64,000 nt of DNA from Candidatus Woesearchaeota archaeon (GCA_018653365.1 JABIAG010000001.1:68772-132771), one strand, 5' to 3'. Numbered from the stretch's first letter, positions 37,676 through 47,382 are shown. A program made the numbers and translations. The notes: generated by a model not told the origin, from the letters alone.

Positions 37676-40600
37676 TTATTTAGGTATCCAACAACGGAAT
37701 TGGTTAGAGGCTGTATCTGCGCTGAACCACAAAAGACTCTTTCCACTGGCCGCTTTATATATAGTTCCTCTATAACTTCCGTGGTAAGCAGAATCACTAA
37801 GCCATTCACGTTGTAAATCTCCATCTATTCCAGTAAGTTGAGTGTTAAATCTCGCTGCGCTAATATGCCATTCTTCTTGAGTTGGAAGACGTCCACCAAA
37901 TTCATCAAAGCAATACATAGTTGCATCATACCAATCTTTGGTAGTTCCAGAACCTTGATTAATTTGCATACAGCCTAATTGTCTATTTTGTCCGCCTTCA
38001 ATACTTACAAATTCGGCAGGACAATTAATTTTCAAATTGTTAACAATAACTTTCCCTGCATCCACTTTAAGTGCACTTTTAGGAGTATCAAATAGTAATT
38101 GAAAGACCAGATCTAGGTCTGCACTACTTGAATGTCCGTCAGGATACGCATTATTCTGGTTTGCTTTGCAACTTCCTCCTATAAGATGAAAGGTATACGT
38201 TTGATCTTTAACTAAATTGAATGTTCCAAAAGAGGAAATATCATAATTAATCCAACCATCCGAGGATTTAACACCGACAACATCTTCATACAAAAAGGAT
38301 CCAACCCCATTTTGATTAGTTTGAATTCCATTATAAAGAATTAATTTAACTGATGAAGGAGTAGTTGTTGGAGCATAGACTCTTAAAGTTTTCAACGCAT
38401 CATTTGTTGGTGCTTTAAATGTTTGCTCGAGACCTCCGGCAGCATTAGTTTCCGCATGCTCTTCGTTTAATCCTATGGTAAAATCGCTTTTTACATCAAG
38501 AATTCCCTCAGGTTGACTGGTCCCAATACCCACATTGCCGCCCATAATTGCCATGGTGTTGTCCTGTGTTACAACAGTTCCGGTTTGATCATTTAATCCT
38601 ATTGCAATTGAATAGTCACCTTGTGCTTCTATTCCTCTACCTGTTGCTATTGAATGAGTGCCTGAAGCAATTGTATAATATCCTAGTGCGATTGAGTCAC
38701 TGCCTACTGCACGGGTGTTACTTCCTATTGCTGTTGATGCACCTCCTACGGCAGTTGTTTGATATCCCATTGCGATGGAGGCTTGACCTACTGCTATTGT
38801 GTTATGTCCCATTGCTGTTGAATAAGGTCCTTCGGCTCGTGTTTCTTTACCCATAACGGTTGATACACTACCTATTGCCCATCCGCCTTGACCCATTGCA
38901 GTTGAATACGGTCCATACGCATGTGATAAGTGTCCCATTGCGGTTGAAAAGTGTCCTGTACCATATGTTACGCCTCCCATTGCAGTTGAGGCACTTCCTG
39001 TGGCAGTGGTTTGGAGACCCATTGCTGTTGAAGCTTGTCCTTCCGCTATTGTTTCACTACCCATTGCTATTGCATAATCTCCGGTTGCTATGTTATCAGA
39101 ATGCCCTATTGTTGCAGAACCTCCTGTATCTCCTTGAACTGCCGACGATCCAGAATCTACATCTAATCTTACTGTGGGATTAGGTGTTCCAATTCCAACA
39201 TTTCCATCAAGATTTACATTAAACGTTGTTTCTGCGTCATTTACTATCCTAAAATCTCCAAAAACATCAAGTTTGGTAATTGGTGTATTTGTACCAATTC
39301 CAATCCTTTCTTCAAATTCAATAATTTGTCTAAAAAATGAAGCTGAAGTAAACGTCTGACCAAACATATCAAATATATATTCTCTTATTTCTTCTTCAGA
39401 TCTTGCAACTAAATTCAGATCATCCATGTCTTCACCACGTAAATATCGAGTAAGAACAATCAAATCCCCAAAATTAAATTGCCCATCTCCATCAAGATCT
39501 AAATCGTCATAAATAAGCTCGACAGCATCTACCATTTCTTGGGGGGTGTTTGTTGCAAACGTAAGATCATCTACATAATTACCAATCAAATCTTCTGGAG
39601 ATCCTAATCCCTGTGATATTAAGGGTAAGTAAACATTTTCATAATTATAAATGATATACATGTCCGTTATGGTGAACACGCCATTGCCATCAATATCTAA
39701 TTTACTCCCCATCACAAATCCATCAACATCTAATTTACCTTTTGGCAAAGTAGTTCCAATTCCGACATTTCCATCATCATCTACATAAACTACATCTACG
39801 GGATCTCCATCTGCAGAAGATAATGAATTACTGCTTAAACTATCTAAACAGTTTCCATTTCCATCACATATAGTTCCTGTAGTAGTTAGGTCTCCTGCTG
39901 CATTTATATTTCCATTGACATCAAGTGCTTCAGTTGGATTCTGATTGTTTACTCCTACTCGGTTATCTGAAGTTATAGATAATATATCTGAAAAAAATCC
40001 TTTGTTAATGCCTAATCGGTTTTCTGTAGCATCAGCAGAAATTGTCCAATCATTATTTGCATTTTTGAGTTTTAAACCAGTTCCCTGACTATCTACTGTT
40101 TCTACCTTAATGTAATTTCCGTGATTAGCTCCCTTAAGATGAAGAAGTTCTTCTGGATCTGTAATCGCTCCAATTCCCACCTTTTCATTATAAATAATTC
40201 CGTTAGTAGTGCCATCGTTCCATTTTCCTGTTTCAATTCCTGTAAGTCTTGATCCATCTCCAATGAAGTAATCTGCATACATCTCACCATCTAATAAAAT
40301 CTGTGTTGGAGATGTGGGTTCATCATTACCAATCTGAAGAACTCCGCCATCATTTAATAAATTAACATAATTACCTAATCCTCCCCTGCCATTATTATCA
40401 TGCAATATTATTTCGGCTTCATTATTTGAGATTACTAGATTTCCTGAAAGAGTCATGTTAGTTCCAACAAAATTGTTCTGAGTTATTACATCTGCTTGAG
40501 AATAAAAGTAGTCTGGAATTAATAACTCATTAATTTGAACATGGTTGCTAAAAAGTGCTTCTCCTGAAATTCGAAGTGCAAGATCTGAAGGGTCAGCAGC

Positions 40601-43600
40601 AGTCAGAGTTAATCCACGTCCAGAAATATTTCCTTCAACAGATAATGCTTTTGAGTTAGTTCCCAAATTTCTTATATTAACATCACCTAAAAAATCAAAG
40701 TTTCTGTCTTTATCTATAATTAAAAAATTACGTCCTGAATAAGGTACTGCTGGATTAGCATCATTATTTCCTAATATGAAACTATCTCCTGCAGTTTTAA
40801 ATAACCAATTATTGAGACCGTTTTTAGAAAAAGCTAGGATGCTATCTTTAGCACTATCAATTTTTATAGCACTAAAGTCTTCTATTCCTGTTCCTGCATC
40901 ATACACGTGAAGGTTTGCATGAGGTGAAGGTGACGTAGTTCCCATTCCAACATTTCCCTCATTTGTTACTGTAAGAAGATTTTCATCGCCTCCTGTAGCT
41001 TCTTTTACTATAAAATTACTATCTCCCATTCCTCCTATTTTTACAATTACATCTTGATCATTATGGCCTTGTAATTCTAAATTATTACTTACTGCAGGAA
41101 TGATTCCCCCATATCCTGCTCCTGATCTTAAAATTATTCCATCTGTATTTGTACCTACTGTTAAGGTTCCATCTTCAATATATACTTCGTGTTCTCCACC
41201 ATATCCATCACCTTCTATGTGGAGCATTGCATTAGGGGTTGGTGTTCCAATTCCCACATTTCCATTTTTCTTAATTGCTAGCCCTGAGTTCCAAGTTGCA
41301 TCATCAAAATAATCAAACAAAAGAGTTCCTGGGTCTGACATGTCCTCACCATATGCTGTAATCATCCAACCTTTGTTACCTGAACCCGCATTACTTTCTT
41401 CAAGGGTTTTTGTTGTATCTGGACGTGCAGTGTATAATTTTATTGCATTATTATCATTTGAATTGCCAGATAATACTAACTCTGAAGCGCCAGTAGGATT
41501 GAAGATGTCTAATTTTTGAAGAGGTGCATTGATGCCAATTCCAACATTACCATTATTATAATAAACTTCTGCACCTGCAGCAGCACCAGCATCATTATAC
41601 ACTAGTTGGCCATCAGTTCCTGCAATCGGACCCGGTTCACCATTACAAATATTTTCCTCAGCAATAAACGTATCCGCACCAGTGTAAGCGCCATCAGAAT
41701 CAGTATCCTCATAAATAAGAACGTTAAGTCCGTCAAAAGGACAACTTCCTGATGTACCTGAAGCGGTTGTGTAAACTCCCATGTTAATTCCATCAAGTCC
41801 TGGAAAACCTTGGGGGCCTTTAAGATTAGTGAAAAGTGCCCAGTTAAGTGAGACCCTTTTATAAACATCTCCTGTCGAACTATCTAAATAAAAATCTCCG
41901 TCTTTTCCAATGTTAGCAGCTGTTGGAGCAGCGTTACCACTAATCCAGGTAACGCCATCTGCGCCAATTAATCCTGTTGGAGAACCAATCCAGTTACCTG
42001 CGTCATCAATAACATCTATTCCATTTATTCGCAATGAATTAGCAAAGTTATCTATGTTCATCGAGTTAGTATTTGGAAAGACTGCTAAATTAACTATTGC
42101 ATGAGTTCCACCGATTGTTTGAATACGTAACTGCTCTCCTCGGGTTATATCCCCAGTTGAAAGCCAGGCTCCGCCACTTCTTCGGAATACTGAAGCAGAT
42201 CCACCTGTAGCAGTATCAACACGGTTTTTAATAACATTAATAGCAAGAGGGTCTCCTGCCCAAATAAACCCATTCATTTTTTCAGCCACAACTTCTACAG
42301 AGTATTCTTTAACAATGCCTGTAAGTTGTGAACCATCACCAATAAAAGAGTTAGCAGTAATATCTGCAGTAGTTGTAGAACCTCTTCCAGCAACTGTAGA
42401 AAGAGTATCTGCTTCTGAATTAAGAGTCGCAATTGTATCTGGATGAATGTCATCCGCAGTAATAGTTTCATCTAAAATTTTATCAGAAGTAACTGAATTT
42501 GCAGCTAGTTTTTCAGTTGTAACAGCTAAATCATCAATTTGATCTGTGTTAATTGTATCTAATAACGCTAGAGCACCAAGCCCAACAATGTTGGCAGGAT
42601 TAAGATTTGTTAACGCAGCACCATTTCCTGAAAAGAAATCTGCAGTAACGGTTCCAACTATGTCTAAAGCAGTACTTGGAACTTTTCCAATGCCCACCCA
42701 GGTGTTAGCAGAATCGTAATTAACATTAGCGCCTGCAGCAGCGCCAGCATCATTGAAAACAAATTGACCATCTGTTCCTGCAATTGGGCCTGCGGGGCCA
42801 TCCGCACCAATAATTGTAGCAATAACTTCAGTCCAGGTTGTAGCATCTGTTTTTTTGAAAACTTTACCCGAAATAGTATTTAAATAAAGATCATCAATAG
42901 TACCAACTGTACTAATTGGTTCTATAATTCCGCTAAGAACTGCTTCACCTTTCGGACCAGTAATATCATTTGTTGTTTGATTTGAACCATCAACATAATT
43001 AATTGTTAAAGAACCATCAGTCTCATGATCTATGGAAACAATTCCTTTTCCATGACAAGCATATGTTTCACCAATTAATTCATCAGTTCCAGATTGATAT
43101 CCTGAAGTTGAGCCTTCTTCAGAATAAAAGGTAATCTTTTTACCGCCAGCATCACAATTAGGTCCAACGGGTTCATCATCAAAATGAGTTAAAGGAACAA
43201 TTCCTGTAGAAGGACCGACCCATTCACCATTAAAATCAATAATTTTTATTCCATTAAGTGAGATACTACCGTCATTGCTAATAATAAAATCATTTAATTT
43301 AAGAAGATCACCCTCTCCTGCTTGAGTTCCCCAAAGTAAAGGAATTCCTGTCACACTAGAAAAAAAGCTTTCCATACCTGTTTGAAAAGGGCTTGGATTT
43401 GAGGTACATTCACATCCCTGCATAAATCCGCCAGGGAAACCACCAATTTCACAAGCATCATTTTCTTGAACTTCACAACCATCAGCATCAAGTTTATCTC
43501 CTCCATTGTTACAAGCATAAAAGTTAGGTTCACATTGAAGATTTTCTGCAGTTTCCGAACAACTAGAACCATAGATTACATGGTTAGCATTAAAAGCAGT

Positions 43601-44086
43601 TGAACTAAATTGAACTTCGCAACCATCTCCTGCATCACCATTACAATCTCCAAAGTCTTCTACGCTATCTCCATCTATATCTTTACAAGTTCCACAAGTT
43701 GCGTCACCCCAAGCGTTAGCTGTACAGATGGTTTCAAGATTGCCTTCTTCACAAGATTGTTTTGGACTACACCAAGCTTGTCCGCCATTATCACAAGGAG
43801 CGTCTGTTGCATCATTGCTATAACAGTCAACAATAAATCCTCCACTTGATGGAGCACCAGCTATTGGTTGGGATGCCGTCTCAGAATCTGTTGGTGCGAA
43901 GACCAAATCAGAAACATAACAAATGTATTCACCACAAATGTGTTCATTACTGCCTGCAGCATCGCAAGAGACTGCCCCCTGTGTTGAGGGACAGGCCGCA
44001 GGATTAGCTGCCCATAATTGTTCGCTTGCACTTACAAAACTAGTGAACATTAAAACTACAAATATTAGAGTTAGTATTTTCATCAT
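37676..44086 (-). CDS. Giant secreted fibre/adhesin-like protein (about 2136 aa). It has an N-terminal signal peptide, duplicated beta-repeat regions, YadA/Hep_Hag-like head repeats (nt about 38560-39140) and a C-terminal C-type-lectin-like domain (about 37676-38070)
   Basis: The start 'MMKILTLIFVVLMFTSFVSA' sits 8 nt after a GGAGGAGG SD (the track start at 44113 is less likely). 'STAMGxxTxAxGxxS' 14-mer repeats occur about 12 times. The C-terminus reads 'CPAEFVSIEGG..C....TKDWYDATMYCFDEFGGRLPTQEEW...C'. Confidence 0.7.
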   Translation of the reverse strand: MMKILTLIFVVLMFTSFVSASEQLWAANPAACPSTQGAVSCDAAGSNEHICGEYICYVSDLVFAPTDSETASQPIAGAPSSGGFIVDCYSNDATDAPCDNGGQAWCSPKQSCEEGNLETICTANAWGDATCGTCKDIDGDSVEDFGDCNGDAGDGCEVQFSSTAFNANHVIYGSSCSETAENLQCEPNFYACNNGGDKLDADGCEVQENDACEIGGFPGGFMQGCECTSNPSPFQTGMESFFSSVTGIPLLWGTQAGEGDLLKLNDFIISNDGSISLNGIKIIDFNGEWVGPSTGIVPLTHFDDEPVGPNCDAGGKKITFYSEEGSTSGYQSGTDELIGETYACHGKGIVSIDHETDGSLTINYVDGSNQTTNDITGPKGEAVLSGIIEPISTVGTIDDLYLNTISGKVFKKTDATTWTEVIATIIGADGPAGPIAGTDGQFVFNDAGAAAGANVNYDSANTWVGIGKVPSTALDIVGTVTADFFSGNGAALTNLNPANIVGLGALALLDTINTDQIDDLAVTTEKLAANSVTSDKILDETITADDIHPDTIATLNSEADTLSTVAGRGSTTTADITANSFIGDGSQLTGIVKEYSVEVVAEKMNGFIWAGDPLAINVIKNRVDTATGGSASVFRRSGGAWLSTGDITRGEQLRIQTIGGTHAIVNLAVFPNTNSMNIDNFANSLRINGIDVIDDAGNWIGSPTGLIGADGVTWISGNAAPTAANIGKDGDFYLDSSTGDVYKRVSLNWALFTNLKGPQGFPGLDGINMGVYTTASGTSGSCPFDGLNVLIYEDTDSDGAYTGADTFIAEENICNGEPGPIAGTDGQLVYNDAGAAAGAEVYYNNGNVGIGINAPLQKLDIFNPTGASELVLSGNSNDNNAIKLYTARPDTTKTLEESNAGSGNKGWMITAYGEDMSDPGTLLFDYFDDATWNSGLAIKKNGNVGIGTPTPNAMLHIEGDGYGGEHEVYIEDGTLTVGTNTDGIILRSGAGYGGIIPAVSNNLELQGHNDQDVIVKIGGMGDSNFIVKEATGGDENLLTVTNEGNVGMGTTSPSPHANLHVYDAGTGIEDFSAIKIDSAKDSILAFSKNGLNNWLFKTAGDSFILGNNDANPAVPYSGRNFLIIDKDRNFDFLGDVNIRNLGTNSKALSVEGNISGRGLTLTAADPSDLALRISGEALFSNHVQINELLIPDYFYSQADVITQNNFVGTNMTLSGNLVISNNEAEIILHDNNGRGGLGNYVNLLNDGGVLQIGNDEPTSPTQILLDGEMYADYFIGDGSRLTGIETGKWNDGTTNGIIYNEKVGIGAITDPEELLHLKGANHGNYIKVETVDSQGTGLKLKNANNDWTISADATENRLGINKGFFSDILSITSDNRVGVNNQNPTEALDVNGNINAAGDLTTTGTICDGNGNCLDSLSSNSLSSADGDPVDVVYVDDDGNVGIGTTLPKGKLDVDGFVMGSKLDIDGNGVFTITDMYIIYNYENVYLPLISQGLGSPEDLIGNYVDDLTFATNTPQEMVDAVELIYDDLDLDGDGQFNFGDLIVLTRYLRGEDMDDLNLVARSEEEIREYIFDMFGQTFTSASFFRQIIEFEERIGIGTNTPITKLDVFGDFRIVNDAETTFNVNLDGNVGIGTPNPTVRLDVDSGSSAVQGDTGGSATIGHSDNIATGDYAIAMGSETIAEGQASTAMGLQTTATGSASTAMGGVTYGTGHFSTAMGHLSHAYGPYSTAMGQGGWAIGSVSTVMGKETRAEGPYSTAMGHNTIAVGQASIAMGYQTTAVGGASTAIGSNTRAVGSDSIALGYYTIASGTHSIATGRGIEAQGDYSIAIGLNDQTGTVVTQDNTMAIMGGNVGIGTSQPEGILDVKSDFTIGLNEEHAETNAAGGLEQTFKAPTNDALKTLRVYAPTTTPSSVKLILYNGIQTNQNGVGSFLYEDVVGVKSSDGWINYDISSFGTFNLVKDQTYTFHLIGGSCKANQNNAYPDGHSSSADLDLVFQLLFDTPKSALKVDAGKVIVNNLKINCPAEFVSIEGGQNRQLGCMQINQGSGTTKDWYDATMYCFDEFGGRLPTQEEWHISAARFNTQLTGIDGDLQREWLSDSAYHGSYRGTIYKAASGKSLLWFSADTASNQFRCWIPK

Positions 44087-44087
44087 T

Positions 44088-46115
44088 TTAATTACCTCCT
44101 CCACAACAAGCAAACGCTTTTCCCACGTTACAACTAGTTACGGTACTTTTTCCACCATTATCATTAAATACCCAATATCTTCCATAAACGCTTGTATGGT
44201 CTGTTGTCCAACCATCACAATCTGTAACTGCAACAGTGTTATATCCTGGTGGGCCTCCATTAATCCAGGCCTGTCCTGTCCAACCAGGTAAAGAAGTTAA
44301 ATCTTTATCATTAATAGTATTAAAAATTTCTTCAACAGTACAAACATGAGTTCCTGCTAGCGCTGTGTTGATATCAGTAGAACAAACATTGTTTGCACCT
44401 TTATATCCGTTTAATACATTTCCATTAGATGTTGCAGAGGTTCTACCAACAAAGTAAGTTTTAGATCCTGAAGTTCCTCCAGTACCTGAACAAGTTTCTG
44501 CAGTACCTAATTGGGTGTCAGTAACGCCATAACCGGGAGTACCATCATCATCAAGATAAAATGTAATTAAATCACCGCCATTAGTACAACTAGTAGCACC
44601 CCCTGTAGTAGTATGAACTAAAGGATTTGGTCCAACAGCTCCATCATTACCTGCATCTCCCTTTATTGTGGTGATTTTGTTTTCCCATCCTGTTGCTGTT
44701 TTTATAAGTATTTGAAAAGTGTCTGTTCTTAAATAATAATCATTTTCTACTGCAGTAGTTGCAGAAGTTTCATCAGTACCGGAAAACCAGGTAGCGCCAT
44801 TAACTCCATTTGTTCCGTCTACTCCGTTTGTGCCGTCTGTTCCTGCAGCACCTCGTAAGTCTGATGTTGAAAGTGTTGAGCCATCTGAGTATGTTAGTGT
44901 TAGTATTCCTGTTGTAGATTCGTATGTTGTTGAACTAATACCTACTCCATCAGTACCGTCTGCACCATTGGCTCCATCAGCACCATTTGTGCCGTCTGTT
45001 CCTGCAGTACCTCTTAGGTCTGTTGTTGAAAGTGTTGAGCCATCTGAGTATGTTAGTGTTAGTATTCCTGTTGCAGATGCGTAGGTTGCGGAACTAATGC
45101 CTACTCCGTCAACACCATTTGTTCCATCCACTCCATTAATTCCATTTGTTCCGTCTACTCCGTTTGTGCCGTCGTTTAGTGTTGTGGTTGTAGCTCCACA
45201 GGTTACGGTGTGGGTTCCGTCACCATTATTTGTAATAGTACAAGAGTCTCCATCCACCCCATCAATTCCATTTACTCCGTTTGTGCCGTCGTTTAGTGTT
45301 GTGGTTGTGGCTCCGCAAGTTATGGTATGAGTTCCGTCACCATTATTTGTAATTGTACAAGAGTCTCCATCAGTCCCATCCACTCCATCTGTTCCTGCAG
45401 TTCCTCGTAAGTCTGTTGTTGAGAATGTTGTTGCATCTGAGTAAGTTAGTGTTAGTATTCCTGTTGCAGATTCGTATGTTGCTGAATCAATACCCACTCC
45501 ATTAGTTCCATCAATTCCATTAGAACCGTCTACTCCATTTGTTCCGTCTATGCCGTTTGTGCCGTCGTTTAGTGTTGTTGTTGTAGCTCCACAAGTGATT
45601 GTATGAGTTCCATCACCATTATCTGTAACAGTACAAGAGTCTCCTGTTGCACCAGTAGCACCTCGTAGGTCTGTTGTTGAGAATGTTGTTGCGTCTGAGT
45701 ATGTTAGTGTTAGTATTCCTGTTGCAGATTCGTATGTTGCTGAACTAATACCTACTCCATCAGTACCGTCTGTACCATCAACACCAGGGGGGCCTTGAAA
45801 TTCATTCCAACCCGTGTTATCACAAACATAAATTTTATGTTCAGTAGAATCATAATACATAGAACCCTCATTACAAGTTGCTGGTGCACTAGTTAATGGA
45901 AGTAATCGCAATACGTTTTTAACAGTAAGATCATCGGTAACTTCTGCAGCGTTATCAATACCTGCACCAACATCTCCGGAGGAAGTGATTGTCAGAGCTG
46001 ACGCTATGGTCCCTGGATCTATTTGCGAAGCTGGGTGACCAGGATCAGTGTTTGCCTGGGCTAGTGCTGTTAATAATAATAGCATTCCAACTACCAAAAC
46101 TCCAAGTTTTTTCAT
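44088..46115 (-). CDS. Secreted collagen-like (G-x-x) tandem-repeat protein, 675 aa, with a globular Cys-containing C-terminus
   Basis: Signal peptide 'MKKLGVLVVGMLLLLTALAQA'. Five units like 'VGISSATYESATGILTLTYSD...DLRGTAGTDGVDGTDGDSCTITNNGDGTHTITCGATTTTLNDGTNG' each carry GxDGxNG triplets. GGAGG SD upstream. Confidence 0.7.
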   Translation of the reverse strand: MKKLGVLVVGMLLLLTALAQANTDPGHPASQIDPGTIASALTITSSGDVGAGIDNAAEVTDDLTVKNVLRLLPLTSAPATCNEGSMYYDSTEHKIYVCDNTGWNEFQGPPGVDGTDGTDGVGISSATYESATGILTLTYSDATTFSTTDLRGATGATGDSCTVTDNGDGTHTITCGATTTTLNDGTNGIDGTNGVDGSNGIDGTNGVGIDSATYESATGILTLTYSDATTFSTTDLRGTAGTDGVDGTDGDSCTITNNGDGTHTITCGATTTTLNDGTNGVNGIDGVDGDSCTITNNGDGTHTVTCGATTTTLNDGTNGVDGTNGINGVDGTNGVDGVGISSATYASATGILTLTYSDGSTLSTTDLRGTAGTDGTNGADGANGADGTDGVGISSTTYESTTGILTLTYSDGSTLSTSDLRGAAGTDGTNGVDGTNGVNGATWFSGTDETSATTAVENDYYLRTDTFQILIKTATGWENKITTIKGDAGNDGAVGPNPLVHTTTGGATSCTNGGDLITFYLDDDGTPGYGVTDTQLGTAETCSGTGGTSGSKTYFVGRTSATSNGNVLNGYKGANNVCSTDINTALAGTHVCTVEEIFNTINDKDLTSLPGWTGQAWINGGPPGYNTVAVTDCDGWTTDHTSVYGRYWVFNDNGGKSTVTSCNVGKAFACCGGGN

Positions 46116-46133
46116 TTTGTAATTCCTCCGTTA

Positions 46134-46694
46134 TTATTCATTTAATCCACCTCGAATTTCAACATTAATCTGTTGTGAGGGATGAAAACTAATTTTATGT
46201 GAAGCAATAGTTAATAATTTTGAATCAGCATTAAAAGAAATAGAGACGCCGCCAAACATTTTTTCAATATTTGAAAGGTCAAGAGAATAATAATTATTTC
46301 CTGAATAAAATAATACTTTGTTAGTTTTAGTTATGAAATTAGAGGTAGTGGAAAATTCATTAATCTTAGTATACTCTCCAAGTGTGCTCTTTAATACTAG
46401 TTGTAAATTTCTTGGGGTAACGCCGTTTTTGAAAGTGTACTTAATTAAATCTTGATTATTTTCACTTCTTACCTCTTTGTTAGCAACAACCTGAAGCTCA
46501 TTCTTATCAATGTCATAAGCAAAATCATTAATTACCAAACCATCTTCTATTGTTGGAGGACTAAGAATGGTGTTTAACTCAATTGCGGCACCTGTAGAAG
46601 AATCAACATCTTTGATTACAAAAAATCCTGCTACTAATATGCCTAATGCAATTAATACAAATAAATTGTTCTTAGTTTCGTGTTTCATTTTCAA
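46134..46694 (-). CDS. Membrane-anchored or secreted hypothetical protein (186 aa)
   Basis: N-terminal hydrophobic helix 'LFVLIALGILVAGFFVI'. It overlaps the upstream gene by 23 nt. Confidence 0.4.
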   Translation of the reverse strand: MKMKHETKNNLFVLIALGILVAGFFVIKDVDSSTGAAIELNTILSPPTIEDGLVINDFAYDIDKNELQVVANKEVRSENNQDLIKYTFKNGVTPRNLQLVLKSTLGEYTKINEFSTTSNFITKTNKVLFYSGNNYYSLDLSNIEKMFGGVSISFNADSKLLTIASHKISFHPSQQINVEIRGGLNE

Positions 46695-47382
46695 ATTTTT
46701 CCTTCATTCTTTCTAGTCGTTTAAACGCATCATCCAATTCTTGATCTAACTTTTGATAAACTGGTTTTTCTACAGGTTTTGGGATGGGTCGCTTTTGAAT
46801 TGGCGCATTCAGTGATTGAATTGGAACTTGATGACTTTGCTTTGGTTGCTTAATTGGGGGCGGTACTGAACGTGTTGGTAAGGGAGGTAGTGTTTTATGA
46901 ATTTGTGAGGGTGTATGAAGATGAGGTAGGTCTAAAGACTCTTTTGACTCTTTTATTGGCTTAAGGGGGTTAGATTTTTTCTTTTTCTGAATAACTCTCA
47001 CCACTAGAATCGCTATTACTATAATCATAACAATTATTACAGTACCTAAAATCATTTCAGCTGAAAACTTAAACGATGTTGGAGCAAAAAGTTCTGGGGG
47101 GGGTTCGGACACATCACTTAGGGTTGGGTCTGTTCCCTGATTAAACTCCTCTAAGTTAGAGATTCCATCATTATCAAGGTCTTCCTGAGCATCAGTAGCA
47201 CTATCAAATCTTAAACCGAACATCATTTCCCATTCATCGGACATGCCATCATTATCAAAATCTCCTGGAAAACTATCTTGTTCATCAGGAATTCCATCAC
47301 GATCAGTGTCTTCAATGGCTAGAGCTAAAGGAATTAAAACTAGAATTACTAACATTAAACTCAACATACTACTTTTTTTCAT
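46672..47382 (-). CDS. Small surface protein (236 aa) with TSP3-like Ca-binding repeats, a C-terminal TM helix and a basic Pro/Lys-rich cytoplasmic tail
   Basis: Signal peptide 'MLSLMLVILVLIPLALA'. 'DTDRDGIPDEQD..DFDNDGMSDEWE..DLDNDGISNLEEFNQGTDPTLSD', then TM 'ILGTVIIVMIIVIAILVV' and a K/P-rich tail. Same architecture as the C-terminus of the 1..13464 product. Confidence 0.6.
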   Translation of the reverse strand: MKKSSMLSLMLVILVLIPLALAIEDTDRDGIPDEQDSFPGDFDNDGMSDEWEMMFGLRFDSATDAQEDLDNDGISNLEEFNQGTDPTLSDVSEPPPELFAPTSFKFSAEMILGTVIIVMIIVIAILVVRVIQKKKKSNPLKPIKESKESLDLPHLHTPSQIHKTLPPLPTRSVPPPIKQPKQSHQVPIQSLNAPIQKRPIPKPVEKPVYQKLDQELDDAFKRLERMKEKFENETRN

